From an uncultured Armatimonadetes bacterium (GTDB taxonomy: Bacteria; Armatimonadota; Armatimonadia; Armatimonadales; Capsulimonadaceae), in NCBI GenBank assembly GCA_963771575.1, contig CAVYTV010000002.1, positions 126,317-190,316 on the forward strand: a stretch of DNA of 64,000 nt, read 5' to 3'. A program made the translations under genes and the position numbers. The notes under the pieces were generated by a model. It searched no databases. It saw nothing but the letters and a program-made list of their open reading frames with translations, and had not been told where the DNA came from. Shown piece after piece: positions 26,373 to 34,987 of the stretch (position 1 is its first letter; the number at the start of each line of letters is the position of its first letter).

Positions 26373-28947
26373 CTAAACGCCGACCAACTCCACAAACTTG
26401 GCGGGCAGCGTGACGGGTTTGCCGCGCGCGAACTGGATTTCTAAACGGGGGCTGAGGCGGTCGCCCCGGATGGCGAGGATCGCGCCCTGTCCGTGCTGCG
26501 GGTGATGAACATGAGCGCCGACGCGCAGCGTGGGAGGAGAGAGGGCAGGCTTTTCCGGCAGGATAGGTGTGGCCGGCGGTGGAGGAGCGTGGTCGGCCAG
26601 ATCGGCGAAAGCGTCGGGGTCTGCCTCCGCGTCCAGAATGCCATGCGCCCACGGATCGGAGTGGGCGGCGTCCAATCCCAGCGGCTGTTCCAGGCTCAGG
26701 CGGCGGGCGGCGTCGAAGAGGGCGGCCATGCGGGCGGCGGCGCGGCGAGCGAGTTCCGGCGGGGCGTGCCAGAGTTGGAAATAACGTTCCAGATTCAATC
26801 GAGGGGTATGCCGGGCCAGGGCCAGGGCCTCGGACGTTTGCCACCCAGCGGGGTCGCGCGCCAGCGTCTCTTTGACCGCCTGCACGGCGGTGAGCGTGGT
26901 CTGCCAGTCGGCTTCGGTAAGGAACTGCGAGGGCGGCTCGGTCTGGACAACGTGCAGGTGCAGGTCAGATTGCGGGCGGGTCAGGGCGACATAAAACAGG
27001 CGGCGTTCTTCTTCCAATTCGTCCGGGCCGCCATAGGGAAACGTCCCCTGGTTGCAGTCCGGGACGAAGACAACCGGCCATTGCAGCCCTTTGGCACGGA
27101 AAACGGTCATCAAGGCGACCGCGTCGGTCGTTGCGGCCTGAGAACGCCCGATGCCCTGAGCGGCCAGCGCGTCCAGATGGGTTAGCAGAGCGTTCGGCGT
27201 TGGGTGGTTGTGGGCGTAGCGCAGAAAAGCCTGGACGCTGGACGCGCGGGCTGCCCCGGTTTCCGGGAAGCCGCTGGAGCCGCGCAGAAAGTCCAGGTAG
27301 CCAAGTTTCTGTTCCAGCAGCGTCAGGGCCGCCCCGGCAGGCAGCGCTGAGAGGGCACCGGCCAGCCAGCGCAGTGTTTCGGCCAGGTCTCGTAGGCGAA
27401 CTGAGAGTCGTTCGGGAGCGTTTTCGGCGGCTGCGTTTAGGGCATCGGGCAGAGGGCTGCCGGCTCGGACGGCCTGCGCGATACCCTCGCACAAAACGCG
27501 CGGCATGTAGCGCGCGGGCTTGTTGGCAATGCGGAGCCAGAGGGAAGCGACATCCCCAGAAGAAGCCCCTCCGCCCCAATTCTGGGGAACCAGAGAAGAA
27601 TTAGGCTTCTCCTGTACATCTCTTCCCCCTCCCGTTTCGGGAGGGGGGCGGACTTGTCCACCGGGTGGGTTCTTCTCCCCCCGCCAGCCGCAGATAATCC
27701 AGCAGAGTTACCACTTCGGGGCGGGCGTAAAAAGGGCTGCTGCCGACGACATGGTACGGAATGCCCGCCTGAATGAGCGCGTGTTCTAAATACGGCGTCT
27801 GCGCGTAGAGGCGGACCAGGACGGCGATGTCGGCCAGACGCCGTCCGCTGTCCCGCTCCTGCCGGATGAGTTCGGCCAGATGACGGCCCTGGCTTTCCGG
27901 CGAGACTTCCGAATGCACACTGACGCTGCCCTCAAAGCCGCGCGTCAGGGACAGGCGCTTGGGTTGACGCCGGACGTTCTTTTCAATCACGCGGTTCGCG
28001 AGAGCCAGCGGCGCGGCGTGGGAGCGGAAATTGTCATGAATGAAGTATGTAACTGACTGGTAACGGGCGGCGAAACGGAGGATAAATCCGGGATCGGCTC
28101 CGCGCCATTCGTAAATGGTCTGGTCGTCATCACCAATCGCCATGTAGTGCCGACCGGACTGAGTCAATAGGTCCAGCATCTCGGATTGGACGCGGCTGAC
28201 ATCCTGAAACTCGTCCACCAGAACGCACTGAAAGCGATTTTGCATTTCGGCCAGCACGTCGGGAAAACGGTGCAGGCATTCCCAGCCTGTCAACAACATG
28301 TCGTCAAACGTCAGCGCGTTCTCTTGCTGCCGGACACGCTCATACAAAGCATATAAATCACGGTACCAGGGGAAGCCTTGTGGGGATGGGGCCTGAGACG
28401 CATGGGCCAGCGCCGACGGGGGCAGAGCGACGCGGACTAAATCGGCGTAGCGCAGATTGGCTTTGCAGACGCCGACATAGGTCTGGAAATCCTGCCGATC
28501 CAGCGTTTCCAGTTCAGCGGCATAGGGGACTTTCTCCCGCCAGGCGCGGGACAGAGTTTGGGTGAGGATATGCCCTTCGGCGTTGTCTTCTTCGCGGGCC
28601 AGCACCAGGTCGGGCAGATGCCCGCGCCGCCGGGCCGCTTTGAGGATGTTCCAGCCGACCGAATGCAGCGTCTGCACCTGCACCCCGGCGCAGTGGGGCC
28701 AGCGGGCGAGGGCCAACTGAATGTCGCGCACAGAGGCTTTGCTGAACGAGGTCGCGAGAATGGCGCGGGCGGGGAAAACGCCCTCGCGCACCAGCCGCTC
28801 AATGCGCCAGGTCATCGCCGTCGTTTTGCCCGCGCCCGCCACGGCAAAGACAAGGGCCGGGCCATGAGTGTGAGCGACAATGGCGCGCTGTTCGTCGGTC
28901 AAGTCAGGCATTTCACCTGTCATTGTACCGCAGGCAGGGCCGAACAC
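26373..28947 (-). pseudogene. UvrD/PcrA-family SF1 helicase, interrupted by a ~120-bp repeat insertion carrying a stop (ORFs 27601-28947 and 26373-27506)
   Basis: N part: AVAGAGKTT, ATSFSKAS, VLVDEFQDVS. C part: VMTVFRAKGLQWPVVFV, LFYVALTRPQ. The junction reads LDYLRLAGG[repeat, TAA]GDVASLWLRIANKPARYMP. Confidence 0.75.
27567..27690 (-). repeat. REP-like composite element inside the helicase gene
   Basis: The minus strand reads gaagaacccacccgg..cccccctcccgaaacgggaggggg..ttccccagaattgggg, the same architecture as 24677-24857 and 35838-35975. Confidence 0.7.
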
Positions 28948-28972
28948 AGCCGTCTGTGCTCTCAGGGGGTCT

Positions 28973-30376
28973 TCATTCCTGCGGAGACAGCGGAGATGTC
29001 CTGCTGACCCGACGCCAGAGAAGGATCGGGTTCACGCTCCCAAAGACGCCGTGCAGCGATGTGACGATGCTGGGCAGCTTGTCATGACCCATCAGCCCCA
29101 CCTTTGAGTTAAAGCCGCCCGCCCCCGCCTCGGGATAATGACTTAAGACCTGAGTGCGCCACGACCACCCCTGCCGGTCTGTGCGGTAGCAGATCGCCAG
29201 GCGCGGACTGGGCACACCGTCGTTCCGTCCCGAACCGAGGCCGGACGTCGGCCCGCTTTGGTCCTGTTCGGCGTAACAGACGTCCAGCAGGCCATCCCCG
29301 TCGAAGTCCGCGAGCTGAATGGACGAGGCATGAACCCAGCCTGCCGTGGGATCGATCACATGCTTGACCCATACGCCCGAACGACTATCCTTCGGGGCTT
29401 CGTACCACACCAGGCCGTCCCCAATCTGGTGCGAGTCGTTGGACTTGTCCGGCCCTTCCCCCATGCTCGCCGCCACCAGGTCCAACCGGCCGTCGCCCTT
29501 GATGTCCCCGACGGCGAATGCCATCTCGTCCATGTCCTTGTTGGAGCCGCTCTTTTGACCGGGATCGGCGTCTATCACATGCATCGGCCAGTGAGCCGTG
29601 GCCGGATCACCGCCGGTGTGTCCGGGGTTCTCAAACCAGACGATCCGGTTCTGACCCCCCGCCTGCGCGACCGAGATCACGTCCTGATAGCCATCCCTCT
29701 TTCCCAGCAGGTCGGCGACCTGGGTTCCCTGGCCGCCCTTCCCGATGTCCACGAACTGCCACTGATCAGCCGTCGCGCCTTGCAGGTAGACGCCGGAGGT
29801 GGTGACGATGTCCATCTTGCCGCTGCGGGTCAGCTTCGCCGCACAGACTTCATGGGAAAAGCGGGTCGCATCCACGAGATGGACCTTCCAGGAGGTCGTG
29901 TAGGGGTCCTTGCCCTGGCCAGCCGGGTTCTCGGCCCAGATCGTCCGATTGCCCCAGCCGCCCAGGACGATGTCCGGCCAGCCGTCGCCGTTGATGTCCG
30001 CGGAGACGGCGTCCTCGTAATTGCCGGGGTTGGAAAGTGGGAAAATGACGTAGGGGTGCCAGTTCTGCGCGGTGCGATAGAGCTTGAACCCGTCGCTGTC
30101 GAGACTGCCGAGGTCGTTGACGCCGTCTCGGGAGAACCGGTCCAGGACCTTCGGCTTGTGAGAATTGTTCTCGGTGCGGGCGTCGATGACGATGCGCTCA
30201 AAGTGCGGGAAGAACCCCAGGGCCCAAGCGGCGGGCCTGGGATGCGGGTGCGCCAGCCAGTTCATACCGGCGGTTAGCCCAATCCAGACTAGCCCCAGAA
30301 GGCTCACTTTTAATGCCCTGACCCAGCGCCCGATGCTCGGCATTTTATAGAAAGTTCTCTTGGCGCCCTTGATCAT
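28973..30376 (-). CDS. FG-GAP/VCBS-repeat protein with an N-terminal membrane anchor
   Basis: Repeated D.NGDG/DGDG calcium-loop motifs (DINGDGWPDIVLGG, GDIKGDGRLDLVAAS, ADFDGDGLLDVCYAE). Confidence 0.8.
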   Translation of the reverse strand: MIKGAKRTFYKMPSIGRWVRALKVSLLGLVWIGLTAGMNWLAHPHPRPAAWALGFFPHFERIVIDARTENNSHKPKVLDRFSRDGVNDLGSLDSDGFKLYRTAQNWHPYVIFPLSNPGNYEDAVSADINGDGWPDIVLGGWGNRTIWAENPAGQGKDPYTTSWKVHLVDATRFSHEVCAAKLTRSGKMDIVTTSGVYLQGATADQWQFVDIGKGGQGTQVADLLGKRDGYQDVISVAQAGGQNRIVWFENPGHTGGDPATAHWPMHVIDADPGQKSGSNKDMDEMAFAVGDIKGDGRLDLVAASMGEGPDKSNDSHQIGDGLVWYEAPKDSRSGVWVKHVIDPTAGWVHASSIQLADFDGDGLLDVCYAEQDQSGPTSGLGSGRNDGVPSPRLAICYRTDRQGWSWRTQVLSHYPEAGAGGFNSKVGLMGHDKLPSIVTSLHGVFGSVNPILLWRRVSRTSPLSPQE

Positions 30377-30699
30377 TTCATCGTCTCAGATTCCGTTCGT
30401 TGAAAAAGCAGCTTTTTGGGTCATAGTGCTGCTTCTCTAGCTCCCTGCATTGGACGCATTGACGCCGCCGGCGTTGGCGACGCTGGGGTCTTCTTCCTCG
30501 CCGGTTTCCCCTGGCTGCAATCCGCCGCCGGTTTGGGTTGGGTCTCCGGCAGGGATGGTGTTCGGACCGGGGCTGGGGCCGACTGCGCCGGTCGGGTTAG
30601 GACTGTTATCACTCACGATGCGTGTTCCTTTCAAATCTGTCTGGGGAGGATATACCCAGAACGCCGGGGAATAGTCGCGCTTTGAGGGAGAACAATGTT

Positions 30700-31995
30700 T
30701 TGACCAAAGTTGTGATCATCGGCGCGGGCAGCCAGTTCGGCGGCAAGCTTTCGCGCGACATTCTCGCGTTTCCCGCGCTTCAGAAGGGCGCGGTGATTGC
30801 CCTGTGCGACATCAATCCCGAAAAGCTGGAGGCGGTCAGGCGCTATGTGCAGCGGATCGTGGATGGGCATGGCCTGGACGCCCGCGTGGAAGCGTCCACG
30901 GAGCGGCAGACGCTGCTGCCGGGCGCGGATTTTGTCGTGACCAGCGTTTCCGTGGGCGGGCCGGCGTATGCGGGCTTTCCGTTTACGGCGGAACTGAACC
31001 TGCCCTGGCAGAAATACGGCTTGAGCCAGTCTGTGGCGGATACCATCGGGGTTGGCGGCGTGTTCCGGTTCCTGCGGACGGCCTCGGTGCAGCTTCAGGT
31101 GTGCAAGGACATGGAAACGCACTGCCCGGACGCGCTTTTGCTGAATTACACCAACCCGATGGCGATGCTGACCTGGCTGCACTCGGCAGGCTCAACAATT
31201 GCCAATGTCGGCCTGTGCCACAGCGTCCAGGGAACGTCGCGCGAACTGGCGCGCTTTCTGAATGTCCCCTATGAGGAACTGACTTACTCCGTCGCGGGGA
31301 TCAACCATCAGGCATGGTTTTTGCAGCTCAAGCACGGCAAAGAAGACCTGTACCCGCGCCTGCGTGCCTGTCTGGATGACCCGGAAACGCTGGCCAAAGA
31401 CCGCGTCCGGTTTGAAATGCTGCGCCATTTTGACTATTTTGTCACTGAGTCCACGCGGCACTGCTCCGAATATCACCCGTACTTTCGGCGCACGGAAGCC
31501 TTGCGAGAGCGTTACGGCCTCGATCAGTGGATTGCCTCCGACCAGGAGCGAAACCGCTGGGCGGGGGAAGACGAAAACACCCCGCTGCCGTCGCTGGAGC
31601 CGTCCGAAGAGTACGCCGCCGCGATCATTCAAGCCGTCGTGACGGGCAAGCCCTTTGCGTTCAACGGCAACGTCATGAACGCGGGCTTGATTGATAACCT
31701 GCCGACGAACTGCTGCGTGGAAGTGCCGTGCCTGACCGACCGGACGGGCGTTCATCCCTGCCATATCGGACCGCTGCCGCCGACGCTGGCTCATTTGAAC
31801 CTGTCCAATATCGCCGTGCAGGAACTGGCCGTGCAGGCTGTCCTTCAGCGCGACCGCCGCCTGGCTTTCCATGCCTGCGCGCTGGACCCGCTGACGCGGA
31901 GCGTGCTGTCCCTGGAAGACACGCAGGCGCTGTTTGACGAGATATGGGCGGCAGAGGCCGAGGCAGGCCTGCTGGATTGGTTCGGGGCGGGGTGA
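30700..31995 (+). CDS. Glycoside hydrolase family 4 (NAD/Mn-dependent alpha-glucosidase/galactosidase type)
   Basis: KVVIIGAGSQFG Rossmann motif, LLNYTNPMAM, VGLCHSVQGT, GINHQAWF. TTG start at 30700 preceded by gagggag (an alternative GTG start is at 30622). Confidence 0.85.
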   Translation: MTKVVIIGAGSQFGGKLSRDILAFPALQKGAVIALCDINPEKLEAVRRYVQRIVDGHGLDARVEASTERQTLLPGADFVVTSVSVGGPAYAGFPFTAELNLPWQKYGLSQSVADTIGVGGVFRFLRTASVQLQVCKDMETHCPDALLLNYTNPMAMLTWLHSAGSTIANVGLCHSVQGTSRELARFLNVPYEELTYSVAGINHQAWFLQLKHGKEDLYPRLRACLDDPETLAKDRVRFEMLRHFDYFVTESTRHCSEYHPYFRRTEALRERYGLDQWIASDQERNRWAGEDENTPLPSLEPSEEYAAAIIQAVVTGKPFAFNGNVMNAGLIDNLPTNCCVEVPCLTDRTGVHPCHIGPLPPTLAHLNLSNIAVQELAVQAVLQRDRRLAFHACALDPLTRSVLSLEDTQALFDEIWAAEAEAGLLDWFGAG

Positions 31996-32044
31996 GAAGA
32001 GGTCCGTATCCCGGAGGCACAGCCGGGATAGGACCCTGAGAGCT

Positions 32045-33771
32045 TTAGAATTTGACCTGTACTTCTCCGGTGAGGAGGCTGTAGCGCGGCGGCGTCGCCG
32101 TCCCCGCCAGATGAGAAACACGGTCAGGCCGCGTCCACCACACACGAAGGCGGGTCGCTTTGTCCAGATTGTACAGACCCCCGTAGCCGATGTTCTCATC
32201 CGTGTAAGAGCCGCTCCCACCCTTGTTGAAGGCATTGGCCGGACCCTCCCCGCGACGAAGTACATCGTAGCTGCCGGCCAGGGTCAGCGGGTGATTGCCA
32301 CTCTGGCCGAACGTGAAACCGCCCTGAGCATAGTAGCCGTCCACATGGTTGTCTTTGGCATACGCTGTTGACAAACCCGTTGCCGCAGGAGACGCAAAGT
32401 AAGAGCGCTGCTCGTACAGACCCCCCACATACTCCGCGTTCACAAACGGCCCGCTCGGGAAGACAATCTGAGCGTCCGCCCCATACAACTCCTTCTTGCG
32501 GCCTGTGTACTGATACCCCGTCCCGGTGATCGTCCCCGGAGGAGTGGGGCCAATGAAGTTGCCCGTCACTGCCGGCGTGTTCACCTGGCCCAGATAGTAC
32601 GAACCCCCCACCGAAACTATCTTGTTGGGCGTCTGGTACGCGATCCGGTACACCTGATCCCGGTACTTATCCGTCGCATCGCTGGTGCGACCCGTCCCGT
32701 TGACCAGAGCCGCCGTCAGCTTCAGACCCGCCGGCAAAAACAGGATCTGCTGGCCCGTGTTGTAGCCGACTTGCAGACCCTTGTCATAGTCCTGGCTGTT
32801 GAACAGCCCGGCCCCGCTCTCGTTGAAGGCCAAAGGACGCTCCGGGGCCAGGGTCGTGGACATGGACGCCGGAAGAATGTACCCGAACGGCGTGGCGAAC
32901 AGGCCGGCTGTAAACGTCACGTTTTTGGCCGGGTTGCCGTTGCCGCCCGTGTAGGCGACGTAGCCTTCGCGCACCGTCACCTGCTGGTTGGCGCCGGCCC
33001 CCGAACTGACCGCGCCGGACGTATCAATCTGCACCGCATACTTGGTGTTGTCCGTGACCTGACCGCTGAACTTGACGCGGGCGCGGCGCAGGTCAAAGGT
33101 AGACTGGTTGCCGCCTGCGGCATAGTTGCCGTTGTAACCGCCTGAGATGGCACTGGTTCCCTGGGGGAAGCGGTTCTGCGAGCCTTGTCCAGCGCTGACA
33201 TCGGTGAAGCGCGCCTGGATATAGCCACTGATCTGGAACTTGCGATTGGCGCCGAAGCCATAGGAGTTGTTGGCGGTGTCCTGGGCTTTGGCCGCCAGCG
33301 CTTTGGCATCCAGAACATCGGCTCGGAGGGCGTCAATGTTGTCCTGTGCGGTTTTGAGGTCAGACTGAATGGTGTCGAGTTCTGGCCGGAACTTGTCAAT
33401 GAGAGCTTGCAGGCGGTTGATGTCGTCCTGCGTAACCGTGCTGACCGGGGGCGTGTTAGGCGGCGGGGGGGAGCGCCGGGCTGCTGTGCTTTGATCATGT
33501 CGCTGACGGTGGAAAGTGCGCGGTCAATGGCGACGGCGAACTCGTAGCGCGTCATGGGTCGTTTTCCGCCGTAGGTTCCGTCGGGATAGCCGATGACGAT
33601 GCCTTTTTTGGCGAGGTCCTGGACGGCTTCATACGCCCAGTGGTTGGTCGGCGTGTCCGCGAAAGGAGCCGCCTGGGCATGGGCCGCCGGCGCGAGGCCT
33701 AATGCAATGCCGCCGGCCAGAAGCAGGATCGCTGCCGAACCGAGCGCCGTCCTTTGGGGTGATGTCTTCAT
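32045..33771 (-). CDS. SLH-domain outer-membrane porin (OmpM/Slp-like): SLH, coiled coil, beta-barrel; apparent frameshift near 33472 (G7 run)
   Basis: Signal peptide, then SLH FADTPTNHWAYEAVQDLAKKGIVIGYPDGTYGGKRPMTRYEFA. The corrected frame gives a coiled coil (INRLQALIDKFRPELDTIQSDLK..), then alternating beta-strand sequence ending ..GEVQVKF. Confidence 0.8.
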
Positions 33772-34021
33772 GCTGCCTCCTGAAAATGTGAGAATTGAAT
33801 GGCGTTCAAGCGTTATTATACACTCTGACTCACGGATTTGCTAGTGGCAGACTGGTAAATACTTAACATTCTCTTAACATTTCCCCTGTTTTTTTGCAGC
33901 AGGCATGCGAGTAAGTTTAGATTGGGAGAAATCCGTCAATAAGGCAGGAGGGATCACAGCGCCGGCCGCTCGCTCGCCGACGCAATTTTCAGAAGGAGGA
34001 ACTCCCTTGAGCAATGTGCAG

Positions 34022-34816
34022 ATGAGCAATGTGCAGAACTGGCTTCGACTGTGCGTTTTGACTGTCCTGATGACGGCCGCGTGCGCGGTCGCTCAGGCCC
34101 AGGACGCGCCGATGTCCTCAACCACGACCACCACGAGCGGCAGCATGGACAGTATGAGCATGGCAGGAGGGCCTGTTGACTACAGCATCCTGAACAACCA
34201 GGTGTATGATTATCTGGATTTGCGGCTGGCGCAGGAACTGGGCTACTCGGACGGCGAGATTGCCAGCATCGCCAAGATCGCCCGGCTGACCGGTCTGCCG
34301 TTCAAGCTGATCTTGAACCGGGTGCATCAAGGGCGCTCGTTCGCCCTGCTGGCCTCGGATTACGGCCTGCGTCTGGGCGATGTGCTGGATGCGTCCGACG
34401 AGCAGGCGCGAATTAACGAGTATCTGGCCCTGTATCAGTCTTTGAGTTTGCTGGGGACAGCGCATACAGCCATGATTTCCACGGCGCAGGCGGTCTCCGG
34501 GCCGACTTTGACCGAGCTGGAAGCGACCTACAATCAATTGAACGCCGCGTTCCCGGCCCTGCCGCCGACGAACATTGAGACCACGCCCATCGGCAATGCC
34601 AGCGCGGAGACGACGGTTCAGAACGCTCCGCCGCCGGTCATTGCTCCCCCGCCCCCGCCGCCTGCCCCGCCTGCGGAGAACGCGCCTCCGCCTCCGCCCG
34701 CTCCGGCGGCGGTCGTGCGGGCCACGAAGCGTCCTGTCCGCCGCCACCACCGCGTGCACCGGGTGCGCCGTCATCGCCGCCACCGCGCCGTCTATAAAAG
34801 ACGCATGGCAAGCTGA
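34022..34816 (+). CDS. Secreted hypothetical protein with a Pro-rich region and an Arg/His-rich tail
   Basis: Signal peptide NWLRLCVLTVLMTAACAVAQA; PPPPPPAPPAENAPPPPPAP; tail RRHHRVHRVRRHRRHR. A 12-nt tandem duplication (agcaatgtgcag x2) sits at the start. Confidence 0.5.
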   Translation: MSNVQNWLRLCVLTVLMTAACAVAQAQDAPMSSTTTTTSGSMDSMSMAGGPVDYSILNNQVYDYLDLRLAQELGYSDGEIASIAKIARLTGLPFKLILNRVHQGRSFALLASDYGLRLGDVLDASDEQARINEYLALYQSLSLLGTAHTAMISTAQAVSGPTLTELEATYNQLNAAFPALPPTNIETTPIGNASAETTVQNAPPPVIAPPPPPPAPPAENAPPPPPAPAAVVRATKRPVRRHHRVHRVRRHRRHRAVYKRRMAS

Positions 34817-34977
34817 CCCCCCCAGCCCCCAATAATGGGGGAGCCGGAATAGCCCCCCAGCCCCCAATAATGGGGGAGCCGGAATAGCCCCCCAGCCCCC
34901 AATAATGGGGGAGCCAGAGAAGAACAGGCCAAGCCCGCTCTGTTTCCGGCTCCCCCATTATTGGGGACTGGGGGGCC
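34817..34977. repeat. REP-like array: three direct 35-bp units plus one inverted unit
   Basis: ccccccagcccccaataatgggggagccggaatag x3 (period 35), then ccggctcccccattattggggactgggggg. Confidence 0.9.
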
Positions 34978-34987
34978 TCTTTCTCTT

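Noticed and set aside
30437-30634. 65-aa Gly/Pro-rich minus-strand ORF upstream of the FG-GAP gene as a possible secreted peptide or RiPP precursor
   Set aside because: There is no Shine-Dalgarno sequence on that strand, no Cys/Ser/Thr-rich core or leader-like region, and no modifying-enzyme genes nearby. The composition is what GC-rich non-coding DNA yields by chance.
34817-34925. Possible CRISPR array (35-bp direct repeats)
   Set aside because: The units are contiguous with no spacers. There are only three copies plus an inverted one, no cas genes are nearby, and the same core occurs singly elsewhere as a REP-like hairpin.
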